From Euglena gracilis (lineage: Eukaryota): DNA of 64,000 nucleotides. Location: positions 33,085,455 through 33,149,454 of the forward strand of contig CP154954.1 in the NCBI GenBank assembly GCA_039621445.1, in the 5' to 3' direction. Every line of letters starts with the position of its first letter. Position 1 is the first letter of the stretch. The position numbers were made by a program, and so were the translations under genes. The notes beneath the pieces are model-generated. The model had not been told where the DNA came from. It did no database searches and saw only the letters and a list, made by a program, of their open reading frames with translations. Positions 1 to 13,200 of this stretch are shown piece by piece.

Positions 1-445
1 GGTTGCCCTACTGTGTGCAGTTACCTGGTGGGGATTGGAAAAGTGGTGTGGAAAAATGGGTGGAACAAAATCCTGCGAAATATTTTCTGCCATTATGGAC
101 GAAACTGCCAAAATTATCCGCGGAAAAATTCGGAAATTACCTTATTTTTTGATCATCTCTTTCATCTTTTTTTCAATCATCAGTCACATCAAGAAAGCAC
201 ACAAGCGTTTCTTAACGCTTGTTTCGAGACAGCTGCTGATGAGCCATTTGGAGGTGAACGTTGTGAGGCTTGCAATAAGCGGGGTACCATGACATTGAAA
301 TTCCTGTGTGTTTTTTCGGGATTTCTTCCATCGTTTCCACATTTTTTGCACGAAATCCTGCCAGATGTTTTTCTGCCATTTTGGGTGAGACTGCCAATTT
401 TTTGTCCTATTTTATTAACGTCATTTGTGGGCGGTTGTGCTGAGG

Positions 446-801
446 CAGGGGGGGGGGAATGCAATTTGCATAATTTGCATATTTTTGCATAATCAGGTTT
501 TTCCCGAAATTTGCATTTTTTGCATTTTTTTTGCATTTTTTTTGCATAAAATATTTTGCCTTGGGAAATTTTTTTGTTGTTGGTTTCTGTATGTTTTGAT
601 TTTTTTTTTTTTTTTTTTCATTTTTTACATAAAATACTTTGCCCTTGAAAAAAATTTTGTAGTTGGTTGGCATATGTTTGGATTTTTTTGCATTTTTTTG
701 CGTTTTTTGCATAAAATATTTTGCCCTGGAAATTTTTTTTGATTTTAGGCAGCAAATCTCTGTCATATTCCAGCTTTTTCTCATGGTTTTCATGCAAGTT
801 G

Positions 802-833
<32 letters not shown>

Positions 834-877
834 ACTTGCATAATTTGAAGGGCCAAGTTGCATTCCCCCCCCCCCTG
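446..877. mobile_element. MITE with CAG(G)nAATGCAA TIRs and a 7-bp TSD
   Basis: gctgagg|CAG(G)nAATGCAA ... TTGCATT(C)nTG|gctgagg; the interior is rich in TTTTTGCA repeats. Confidence 0.85.
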
Positions 878-1414
878 GCTGAGGTTATGGCTCCCAGGAG
901 TCTTTTAATTGTTAGGATTAGAGTTTCCGGCATTTGCCCCAAACTATTCGTAAATTGTCCTCACATGTCAACCAAATGAAGGTTGGTCAGACAAATGAAT
1001 GAATGCCATCAAAAAAAATGAGAAAAAATACCTAAGTGCTGGCAAAGGCATCGATGAAATTCTTACAAAATGGTTGTGAAGAATAAGGCTGCCAGAATGG
1101 AAAGGGATGCAATTTTAAAGTTATTGGTTTTAGGCATTTTCAGTGTTTTCCAACCGCCGGAACGATCTGTTTCTCGACATCCCCGGGCCACCCCAATTCT
1201 CCACCGGGCTGGCGGGTTCGTTCTCGTCTTTCTGTGCTGCTTGCCGGAGCCTCTGGGCATTGGATGGTGACGTTGGCCAACGTTGCGCCGAGAATGAACC
1301 CCTTCTTTTCCCCACAGGCGGGTCATCCCCAGTCCGACAGCCGATGGGGCTGGGGGCCGAAGGGCTCATTCGGGGCCCGGGGCGGCGGCCATCCCCTCCC
1401 CCATTCTGCCGCAG

Positions 1415-2052
1415 GCGGAGTTCGCGGCGCTGGAGCGGCAGTTCGAGGCGGCGGCAGCCGAGCAGGCGGCGGAGCAGAAGGCGATGACGGACCGCCGGCG
1501 GGCCGCGGAGTGGCGGCGGCGGTTCCAACAGCAACGGGTCTGCCTCCCCCCTTCCCTTCCTCCCAGATGAGGCTCCGGGGATGCATCTGTATCAGTTTAA
1601 AATATTAAATTTTACTTTTTTTTTAGTTTTATTTAATCTGTAACCTTTTCATTTTTAAGGTGATGTGGGAAGCAGCTTCGGTTTATGTACCAAACTCTGG
1701 GAACCCCGCCAAAGGGCTCAGTGGCCCCGTCCCTCCTGCACAGCTGGGTCAACTTGGGGGGGGGGGGCTTAAAAAAACGTCAGTCGGTTGTGCCAACAGC
1801 TTCCTGCCCCCCCCCAACAGCAAGAGGCGGAAGGGGCTGCAATGGCGGAGGAGGACGCCCGGGCCCAGCGTGCGGCCCATGCGCGGCTGCTCGGGTGGCG
1901 GGAGGCGCTGCGGCGGCAGGCGCTCTGCGACGCCCGGCGGCGGTTCCGCGAGACGCGAGAGGAGTGGGAGGCGTTCCACATGGAGGTGTGCCAGACCGTC
2001 AGGGAGAGGGCAGGCCTGGCATGCTTGGCTTCCAGCTCCACTTTTGTGTGTG

Positions 2053-2088
<36 letters not shown>

Positions 2089-2224
2089 GCGCGCGTGTGT
2101 GTGTGTGCATGTTTGTGTGTTGTTTGTGTGTGTGTGTGTGTGTTGTGTGGGTGTGTGTGTGGGTGGGTGGTGTGTGTTTGTGTGTGTGTGTGTGTGTTGT
2201 GTGTGTGTGTGTGTGTGTGTTGTT

Positions 2225-2255
<31 letters not shown>

Positions 2256-2282
2256 TTGTTGTGTGGGGGGTGGGGGGGGGGT

Positions 2283-2350
<68 letters not shown>

Positions 2351-2516
2351 GCGTGTGTGTGTGTGTGTGTGTGTGCATGTGTGTTGTGTGTGTGTGTGTG
2401 TTTTGTGTGTGTGTGTGTGTGGGTGGGTGGGTGGGTGGGTGGGTGGGTGGGTGGGTGGGTGGGTGGGGGGGGTGTGTGTTTTGTGTGTGTGTGTGTGGGT
2501 GGGTGGTGTGCATGTG

Positions 2517-2563
<47 letters not shown>

Positions 2564-5500
2564 GCTGAAGTTCAGATCCATGGCGTTGTTGCCCCGCCAC
2601 AGCCCCCCCCCCTTAATGCATGACTGGCAGGTGGAGGACAGCACCTCGCGGCGCCGGGAGGCCCACGCAGTGGCGGCGGCGGCGGCCACCGCAGCGAGGG
2701 AGGCAGCGGCCCGGCAGGCGGCCCGACGGCAGCGGGCCGCGGAGCGGGCCGCGCGGCTCGGCCCCCAGGAGGCCGCGGAGTGCCGCCGGATGGCGGCGGC
2801 GATGGAGGAGGCCAGGGCCACAGCTTGGCCCCTCGCCATGAGTGATGTGTGCCCGTTTTGTGTGCCCCCTCTCAAAATGTGGAAGAAAGAAATCCCGCTT
2901 TTCTGGCAGTACTCGTTGAGGGGAGGGCAGTCAGCCGGGCCCTGCGGCTTTCCATGCGGTGGGAGGCGGAGCTGGCCAGCTGGCGACAGGCCCAGCACTC
3001 GGCGAGGCAGAACCTGGAGGTGCGTCGGTCTGTGCTCGGGTGCCTGCGCGGTGCATGCGCATCTTGGGCGACTGCGCCTTGTCCTCCAGCAGCCTCCTCG
3101 GGGAACGAAACCATTGCGTCAACAGGGTGAGGGGGTCCACCAGGGGAGTCAGTGCATGGTGTTGCCCCCCCCTTCTCCTCCCCAAATTTGGCTTGGGTTA
3201 TCTGCATGGGATGGTTTTTTTGCTAAGAAATTCCCCTTAAGGACCACCTAAGGCTGGGGTCCGGCCAATGGCTGATCCGGGAGTCGAACGGTGTCGGGAA
3301 AAAAAATAAGAAATTTTAAAATGGTTGACAACCCCATTTTTTTGACGTTTTTGGTGGTGGATGGACAATGGCCCAAGGATACCAGAAACCATTTTTCTCC
3401 CGGAGCCGACCTTTTTTTGCCAGCGATGGCCATTTTTCTGTCAATTTTTCTTGTGGATTTTGCATTGACTGTGCTGGGATGGGAATTTGTACTGGGATTT
3501 GCTGGTATGGAATTTTGTTTTCGCCAGCTCTGCGGTCGTTGGGGTTGGCGCTGGAACCGCCGGCTGGGGTGTCGCAGGGGAGGGCGGAGGACGAACGGCG
3601 GGCCGTGGCGGGGGAGGCAGCCGCGGAGTGGCAGCGCCTGGCGGAGCTGGCCGGGCAGAGCCTTCGAACGCTGGTGGAGCGGCAGGCTGCCGTGCTCCGA
3701 CATCGGGAGGCGCTGGCAGAGGTGTGTTGGGGAGGGCCATGGGGCTGTGGCCCACGGAATGCATTAGTGCACCTGCATGCATTGCCTGTACTTTCTTTGT
3801 TGCCCATTTTGATTCCCAGACAATCCTCTGTTGAAAAGATGGTTTAATGCGGGGGGGGGGGGGTCGAGTTCGGGTTGACAAATTGGACGGCACAAGAGAG
3901 GGTGAAAATGAATCGGTGGGAGGCCAAAAAGACCTTCTGACCCGTGGACTCGACGTGACCATACAGACATGGAACTCGGCTATTGTTTTTCAATTGAGGA
4001 GGGGTTAGGAAGACACTTCCACCCCTTTCCCGGGATGTCAACTTTTTTACGTTTGGTCAACTAGGTGTTCCACCCACCGTCCCTCATTGACTAGTTTTAG
4101 TGTGGTGGGCGTGTGGATTTGTTCACATTTCTCTGGATACCGCACAGTCAAGGTTTGGAAATCAGCAACGTTAAGTTTTTTTTTGTTTTTTTTTTATGGC
4201 CAGGCCGCTTCTGTTCTGGGTCTGGTCTGCAACCCCCTCCTGCAAAGGTGGGAGTGGATTGCGATTGGAAACACCGCAAAAACCATGCAAAACCCAGCAC
4301 GCTGGGGTGCAGCCAGGGGGGCCTGGGGCCATCCCAAAGTCATTGGCGTCTGTGGAGATACACTGGCTCCTCAATGGGATGAGTGCCAAACCCATGGGAG
4401 TGTGCAACGTTGTTCAATTGGATTTGGCCGAACCAATTGAGCTGGATTGTATTCTTAAAAAGAACTCTTTTGTTTGGTTGGGCGCGTGGTTCAGTCCAGT
4501 CCACAACTGGCCAGCCGCCCCCTCCCATACCCACCCACGGGTGAAGGAATAGAATGCAGAATTGCAACGCCACACGGCACAACGAAGCACGACGTCCTTG
4601 CAGCCATTGAGCCCACGGGCCATGCCAAAGTGACCGGTCAGGACAGTTGCTGGACCCTCGAACGACAGAGCGCCAAACCCACAGGCGGGTGGAACACTGA
4701 TTTGGAGCCACGCATTTGCACGCCCACATAAGGCTGTAGAAATTCGAAGTTCCCATTCAACCCCTGGATGGCCAGCTTCCACACCTCCACGCAGGCTTGC
4801 CCCAACTCCCCCCCCCCCCCAACCCCTTCTCCATCGATTGGTTTTATTTTCTTTAATGTTCATCTAAAAAATCTAAAATAAATGTTCATCTAAAATGTTC
4901 ATCTAAACCATTTCCCAAAGGTGTCCATCGCGTCGCGGCGGGACTCTGCCGATCCCCAACAGTTTCCAACAGTTTTGAACGATCCCCAGCTGTTTTCCAT
5001 CATTGGGGACCGTCAGGGGATCCACAGCAGTTTTTTGTGTGGGTGTGGGGGGGTGCTTGTCAAATTTTCTTGATATCACACATTTAAGGTTCGGAAATCC
5101 AACAAAGTCAATAATTTTGTTTTTTGATACCAGGCCGTTCTGTTCTAGCCTGTTCGAGTACAGTCTGCAACCCCCACCTGCAAAGGTGGGAGTGGATGGT
5201 GATTGCGTTTGAAACACCGCAAAGTATGCAAAACGAAGCACGCTGGGGTAGAGCAAGGGGATGGTCATCCACATCGATGGGTCGAATGGGAACTCCTACC
5301 GCTATATGTGGGCTTGCCAATCCGTGGCTCCAAACCAGTGTTGGGCCAACAACGAGATGAGTGCCAACCCCATGATGCAGGGAGTTCCCAAACCCCAGGT
5401 GCAGCTCAGGGGAGTCGAGGGATGGGCTCGGAAAATGTCTGAAATTAAGGCGGCGCATCTCGCATTCCAGTTTTTTTAGTCGATTTGCGCATTTTTGCGA

Positions 5501-7119
5501 ACCCACCAAAAATCATTTTGAGCGCTGGCGTTACAAGGGGTGAGCGCGAGAGGCAGCAGGATTGGACAAAATACAAGCGGGATATCATTTTTGGCCCCGG
5601 CTCTCCCCATAATTACGCGTTTTTGCTGTTTTTTTTGTTGAGGTCGGAATGACACGAAAACCCCCAAAGTGAAGAAACACTGACAAAAACACCAAAATCC
5701 CGGTACCGCCACCCCCCATTCCTTGTGTGACAACTGCCAGCGCCAGGTGGCGCTCTGGAGGGGTGGCAGGTCCACCCCTTTGCTTGCTTTCTGAAGTTTT
5801 GCGGCACGTTGTGGATGTTTTTGAAGTTGGTTACAAAAATGAACCGACCACTTGTGCAATTTTACAAACACATCAATTGCAGTTGGCACACAAGGCCTTT
5901 TTCACAGTTACACAAGTGGTTGGTGTGTGCATAAACACACACCGTCCATTTACGCATTTGCCCACACTAACCACCAATTTCCCACACAGCCAAGTGTCCG
6001 GGTATTGTTTCAGGCTTGGGCACACCTCACCAAAACATTCAGTCAATATCCTAGGTTATAAGACACCCATTGCAGGGTTCTTAACACTCCTGCTGGGTGC
6101 TGTGTATACCATATGCTGGTGGTGACACCTGCTCTTGGGCACCCTATTTGCCAAAGTCCCTAAAGTCCCTGCTTCCATCTCCATGTCCTGGGGCACTACA
6201 TCTCATCCTGCTTTCATTTTTGGGCTTTTGGGGTCACACCTTGTCATTTTCATAAAAGAGTCGATGTGCGCAATTCCACATATTGACGAAGAAAAAAGCT
6301 AAGTGCGAGATGCACCGCCTAAGTGAAAGAAGACAGGTTCAAAAATTATTCAAAGCCAGTTTTTTGAGGGCTTTTGGGTAGGTATTTGCCAGCAGATTTC
6401 CGGATCCGACAAGAAATGGGGTGTTTCGCTGTGTATCATATGTTTTGGGGTCATCTCTGTAGCTGGCAGTGTCGCACCCCTCCCAAATATGAGCAACCCC
6501 TCTCTTTGCGCCACCCCCAAATATTAGCAACCATTTGTCTGATTTTCGGCCGACATCCAAACATTAAGCAACCCCTTGGATCGATTTTCGGGAACCCAAA
6601 TATAAGCAATGGGCATATTTTTAATGCAAAAATTTATTGTATTTTCAGGCATTTCTAAAGCTTTTTAAGGCTTTTTTCGGGCATGTTCAAGGGTTGTTCG
6701 GGCACCAAACCAACCTTTTTGATTTTGCATGTGGTCCAAAATAATGATAATAATAATGAAAGAGTTTTGAATCGATGGACAATGCAATGTTCCAGCGATG
6801 CCAGAAATCATTCCCCCCCCCCCGGAGTTGGCCTATTTTTGTGGTTGTTTTTCAATTTTTCAATTTCTATTCAAATCATCATTCAAGTTTAATTTAAATA
6901 ACAGAATTGTCAAAAGTTTCTAATGCCTGATGAGCAACCGGTTGCTCATGTTTGGGGGGGTTAGGTTAATTGTGTTTTTTTCCTGGAAGAGCCGTTGGGG
7001 TAGACCACAGCGACATTTCTATTGTTATGGACCCCCCACATGACTCGAACCACGTCAGTCATGACTCGAACCACGTCAAATCCAATGTCCCAAAGGAAAG
7101 GCCCCAACGCCGAGACCCG

Positions 7120-7216
<97 letters not shown>

Positions 7217-10200
7217 CTCTGGACGAAGTGGAAAAGCACTCCAACACAGGGTTGCAACAGTTCATAAACTGTTTTGCTTGTGTCGGGGTACGGGGTCTTG
7301 TGTCGGGGTACAGGGTCCCAGGCGTTTCGCAAAAATTGTGAGTTTGCGCCCATTCTGAAGAAAACAACCTCAAGTGCGAATCCGCCCAAGAAGCAGCGGC
7401 TGTGGTTTTCCTCGGCCCAGGCGTGCCAGCGGCTGTGGGAGGCCGAACCGATGGCGAGGGCGGCGGTGGCCAGCGCGGAGGCGACGGAGTGGGCCGCGGT
7501 GGAGGCGGCCTGCGCGGCGGCCGGCGGCCAGGTGCGGGCGGCGGCGGCGCAGCGCCGGGAGGCGGCCGCCCGCCGGCAGGCGGAGGCCGAAGAGGCGTGG
7601 CCCCCGCCTTCCGTCCCCACCCTTCCTGCCTTCCCCTGTCAATTCCACCAGTGGCTTCCTCTGGGTACTTGCCAAGGGAAAAGAATCAGGACAACGCCGT
7701 CCGTTTTGCATTTGCATCCTGGAACTGCTCAGTTTGGGTGGAAGAGACCTCAGGTGGTTTTGAGCTGGTGGGCTTACCCGAAGGCAGCTGAGGTTTGAAA
7801 GGGGAGCAGTGGGCAGGCGCATTTTTGTTCTTCTTTGCTGTTTTTCTAAGAAAAGAAGAAATCTAATCAAAAATTCTGAAAAAAATGAGCAAGGAGTTAT
7901 TCTCTTGGGTGCCTAATGAGAAAAGTGCTAAATTGCTCATTTTTGAAAATGATGTTCCAATTTTTGATGGCAAAACTGAAAGGAAAAAAAAAGTCGAAGA
8001 CTAACCAGCAGCAAGAAGTTTATCCAAAATCATTGTTGAACCCAAAGTTAAGCAAAGAATGCTTGTAAACGTTTGCAAATGTTTTTGGTGTCACTCAGAT
8101 TTTATTTTTTCGCAGTTTTCTCCCAACTCGTTGTCACTGTGCAGGACAGAAATCGCGAACGAAAACCTCCAGCGTGCCCACACGCATGCACACACAAACA
8201 TGCACGCACACATTTGACGATTTGATGGAAGAGGGGATGTGGGGCATTATCCTTCCATTCCTCGACCGGCAGGCGCAGCGGCGAGCCGAGCACCGCACCG
8301 CCGCTATCGTCGCCCAGCAGCGCCACGAGTCATTCGTGGAGGGCGACGGGCGGTGGCGGGCCCAGCACCGGGCGGCCCACCTCGCGGCGGAGGGGGCGGC
8401 GCAACGGGTCCGGCAGTGGCGGCGCCTCAACAGCGACCCGGCGCTGCGGCAGCTGGTGGCGGCCAACGCCGGCCGGTGGGCACCGCCGCCCCACAGAGCC
8501 TCGGTGGGCTGGACGCCTGCACACCAGCCCTGACGCACCAGATTTTGCGGTTCGAAATCCACCGCGTCCTGCACCGGGTGTCCAACAACGGCGGTCTTTC
8601 GGAAAGGAGTGTGGGCCGTCCGACGCTCGGTGTCCGCACGTCGACTGTCGGTCTGCGGGGTGAAGGATTTGGCCTTCCTCTCTGAACCCCCCCAGGCACA
8701 CACATCGCGACGTGTGGAAGACCCCCACCGGTGCCCCCCGCGCGGGAGTGGCGGCGGGCGGCGGAGACGGCGGAGGTCCGGCGGCTGGCCCAGAGCGACG
8801 CCTGGCGGCGGCACCGCGTCGCGCCGGCCGCCGCCCCCGCCGCCCCGGCCCCTCGCCGGGCCTCGGCGGCGGCCGCGGCGGGGGACGGCGGCGCGGCGGA
8901 CGACCCCCTCGACGTCGCCGAGGTGTGCCGGGGCCCCAACCGCCGACCTGTGCAGTGGTTGCACTTGGGACGTGGGGAGGCCGACCCTCCCCGGACCGAG
9001 CCACATCGTCCGAACTTCCCTCCCAGGCCATCGCCGACCTCCCCCTGGAGGACGACCCGGTCCTGGACGAACCGCTGCTACAGCGCCTGTACCCCGCCGG
9101 GCGGCCCCACATGCGGGGGCCCCGGGCCAGTGCCACACTTCGGGCGCGTCCCGCACTCATTTTCCGGCTGACGTCTGTGTCCATCTTCGTCCTGGCTTTT
9201 CTGCGTGAACAGCTTTTCGGGATCATTGTCCCCTCCGGCGTCCAGCGAGGTTTGCTCCCCGCGCGGAATTGAATTGCATTCCTATCCCCCCGATGCTCCA
9301 GCCCCGCCGTGGGCGGTGATGGGGGGGGAGGTCGGGGGTTGGCGGCCGTGGCCTCGCCGGGGTCCGCCCCTCGCGGCGTGCCGGTCGCGGTGCTGCGGGC
9401 GGTGGACGCCCCGGTGGAAGGGCTGACCGCCGTGGCGGCGCTGCCGTCTGCTGAGCGGTTGGGCTGCCTCTCAGCCGGGGGCCCCCCCGGGCGGGCGGGG
9501 ACACAAAAGAAGGTCAAAAGAAACCCGGCGCAACTGCTGTGTGGCTGTGTGGTCCCACCGGTGGCCGGGGGCCTCCGCTGCCGATCCCGTCCAACCGGGT
9601 GAATCGCATCCACCCGGGGCTGGGCATGGACTACTGCCGGCAGCTGCAGGTGGCGTTCCCCCCCGCCAATGTGTGTATGACTCATTCACAGTCCTGTCGT
9701 TGAGACGGAGGACCTGGCGAGGTCCAGGTGGTTGAGGCCCGTCAGAATGGCTCCTCTTCCAGAATCTGTAACCTTGGAGGCCTTCCCAGAGGTGAGCAAG
9801 ACAATTGGGTTCCTGGGGTCTTTTTTGAGCTTTTTTATTATTTATGGGCTCCACGTAAAAATGAATTTAGCAGCAGTGGTGTCCAATCACGATGGAGTTG
9901 GTTTGCTTTGCACGAAGTTTGAATTTGCTTGTCTAATCATTTTGTTGCTGATTTCTTGTGAGACATCTTTTGAGCGTCCCAAGTTGAGCCCCCAACCCCA
10001 ATGGCTCACTAGCGATAACGCTTCACGCACCATCAAGCTCCTTCTCACTTGTGGTAAAAATGGTAATTTGAATGGGACCTAACGTGAGCTGAAATTTCCC
10101 AGTGCGTCGTATCATTTCCCCTGGGTAACGCATTCCGCAATCAATTTTGAACTGATTGTCATGTGAGCATCAGGCTTCTTTTTAATTTGGAAGCCCACCC

Positions 10201-13200
10201 CCCGGGAAAGGGGTGACTCTGGGGCCAGGCTCTGAGTATGGCCTGGGTACAGGTTCCGGTGCCAAGCGTCGGAATTTTGGGGGGGGGAATGCAGGTGTAT
10301 GTTATTTCGGTTTGAGGTTGTTGCCCGGCAAGGACAGCCACCGGATCCCACCGGATCCCACCGGATCCCACCGGGGGTTTTTTGACCACTTGACTAGTGG
10401 GTTCCCACCGGACCCCACCGGATCCCACCGGATCCCATCGGATATTTTTTTCCATGCACAGATTTTTCTTCTGGATTCATGGCCCCAAAGTCTGATGGGT
10501 TGCCTTTTATAAAAAAAAAACAACAAGACCTTTTCCTTCAAGTCAAAAAAAGTTGAAAGATATGATTCGCGATGGTAAATATTTGGTGGCCATTGTGGTG
10601 GATGAAACCGACGTCCCTAGGGACGGGGCAAAAGGTCCCGAGCACCTGGTTGTGCCCATTCAACAGAGCCAAAAGGTGACTCATGTGGGACAAGAAAAAG
10701 AGGCCAAGACCTTGACCTTGGGGGCCATGCATGTGGTCATGCTGTGCACCCATTGCATGATGCAACAAGAATATCCCGTCAAGCCACCTTGTTGGGGGTG
10801 TTTTTTTCCCAGTCCCCCCCCCCCAAGGCAACCCACGGAACCCCACCGATCCCACCGGATCCCACCGGAGACCAAAAACCGGGGACGACTGTCTTTGCCT
10901 GGTTGTTGGTGGAGAAGATTGCATTCCCCCCCCCTTTTAAGCGTATTGCGCTTTTCATTGATATTTTGGTGCTCCCCCCAAAAAAATTGTTCAAAAAAAT
11001 TCAAAAAATGAACATTTTTGTTGTTTTTTTTGGGGGAAAAAGTAGGGGATTTTTCCACTCAGGCCAAAATTGTTCAAAAATATCTGTTTTATCCGGCCTA
11101 GTATCCCTTTGGCCGTCCACAGAACCGAAAATTTCCGGGCCCTTAAAGATTCCGGCCCCTTACCATTTCGAGGTGACAATGGGGCTCCAACCCCTTCCCC
11201 TCCATGTTGGCCTCCTGGGGAAATGCCTTCAGATAGCCCGATTTTTTTGGGACACCCCCTGGTGGGGTGTCCCACGCCAGGCTGGGGGGGGGTAGGGGAC
11301 TCCCCTCTCCACGAGATTTAAAGCAATGTTTGTGATGAGAACTGATTCCCATGCCCCACCTTTCATTTCCCAGTTTCTTTCCTGCGTTGCAGGTGCTGAA
11401 CCTCCGGGACAACGCCCTGACCTCTCTCATCTTCCTCCGCTCGGAATCGGAAGCTGGTGACAGCTCTGCCAACCGCAACGAAACGTTGGAAGTCATCGAC
11501 GTTGCAATGAACCAACTGGCATGTCTGGATGGTGTGCTCCAGCCCCAATCTGTGCGGTTTTGCAGTTGCTCTGGGAGGGTCAAAGCCAGTACAAAGGAAA
11601 ATTTGAGGCCAATGAGGGGAAACTGAAAAAAAATATTGCACCCCCTCCCCCGCTGCACCCCTTTGAAGACAATCGAGCAAGGCAGAAGCCCATCGATTTT
11701 CTGAAAATAGTGTGTTTGACAATGATTGATACCGCAAGATTCAAAAAATACCAGTCAAAAGGAAGGGCCAAAAACACAAAAGATCAGAATTTATCAGCCC
11801 ACAGAACCCTGCCTTCAGATGACCAAATAATATTGTGCGATATTACAATTGAAATATACGATGTTGCAATTGAAGTCACACATTCTTTTGCAATGTATAA
11901 TTGGCCCTAACCAAGTCAGGGGTTTTTTTTAGTCGTGGACCCCGGGGGGGGGGGGAGGGGGGGGAGGGTGGGTGGGTCCGGCCGAGCCACTCAGGGGGGT
12001 CCCCCCAGGGGGGAGTGGGATATACTTTTCGGCGCGGAAAATTTTTGAAAAAGTGCTGTTTTTGGATTTTTCGCGATTTTTGAGTGGGTCCCCGGGGCCC
12101 CCCCCCCCCCGGGCCCCCCAGGGGGTGGGTGGGGGGGGGACCCCGTCCCCCCGGTCCCCTGAACCCAGTACATCATTGGCAGGGGAGTCCAAATTCGTCA
12201 AGGGAAGTGTACCCGTTGCACCAGCGGTGGCGAGTTGAAGCCAAGTCAAGTGTCCGTTCCAGTTCCAGGAAGGTTCCACCTGCAGACCTTCTCCAGCACC
12301 GACGTCCTTCTCCGGCAGCCGCGGCCTCGGTTCCCTTCCCCCCCCCCCCCGCCGCCCCATCCCCCACCCCCCGGCAGGCCTGGAGGGCTGCCTCCGCCTG
12401 TGCGCCGTCGACTGCAGCAGCAACCACGTGGCGGAGCTGGCCCCGCTGCGCCACTGCTCGGCCTTAGCCACCCGCCAGGCCCCTCCCGGCGCATTCGCAA
12501 CCCCGGACGTCAGGGCGTCGTTGGGGGGTCCCGCCAGCCAGCAGCCATTTCCCTTCGACACGTTTTAAAACCCCCCTCCCATCTATGACCACCCCCCATC
12601 CTATAACCCCCTCCTGGGACCATCCATCAAACCGGGACCTATAACCCCCCCCCCTCAACATTAGACAAACAAAGACAAAACAAAGGGGGACCTATAACCC
12701 ACCCCCCACCTATAACCCCCCCTCCGGGGGCCGACCATTGAACTGGATCCTATAATCCCTGGGGGGGTTATATATGTGGGGAGGGGGTTTTATTTTCCAG
12801 CCTCCCTTTGGGAGGCTGGACGGCAGCAGGATTTGGGCTGGTTTTGGGTTTTGGACGTGCAAAAATTGGCAAAAAAAATGGGCTAAATGGGTCTGAAGAA
12901 GGCTTGCCAGGACGAATTTTGGTTTGAAAAATGCATTTTTTTTGCATCATTGGCAGTTTTTGGCAGCATTTTTGCAGTTTTGATTTTTTTGGTTTGGTTC
13001 GGCTCCCAGTCAGACCGAGTTTCAGCCAGGGAGCCTGGGGAGCATGGAGAGTCCCCCAACCCACCAGAGGGTACCCCCCACCTCCGAGGGGAGGGTCCGG
13101 GGTACCCTCTGTTTGTGGGTCACTTTTGGGGTCAAAAAGGTCGGCGCTTCGTGCCAAAAAAAGGCCAAAACCCTTTGGCAGGAGACCCACAAGGCCCTTG

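Noticed and set aside
1660-3251. Long ORFs with poly-(CV)/(HT) tracts
   Set aside because: Read-through of a (TG)n microsatellite inside a GT-AG intron; only the flanking exons are coding.
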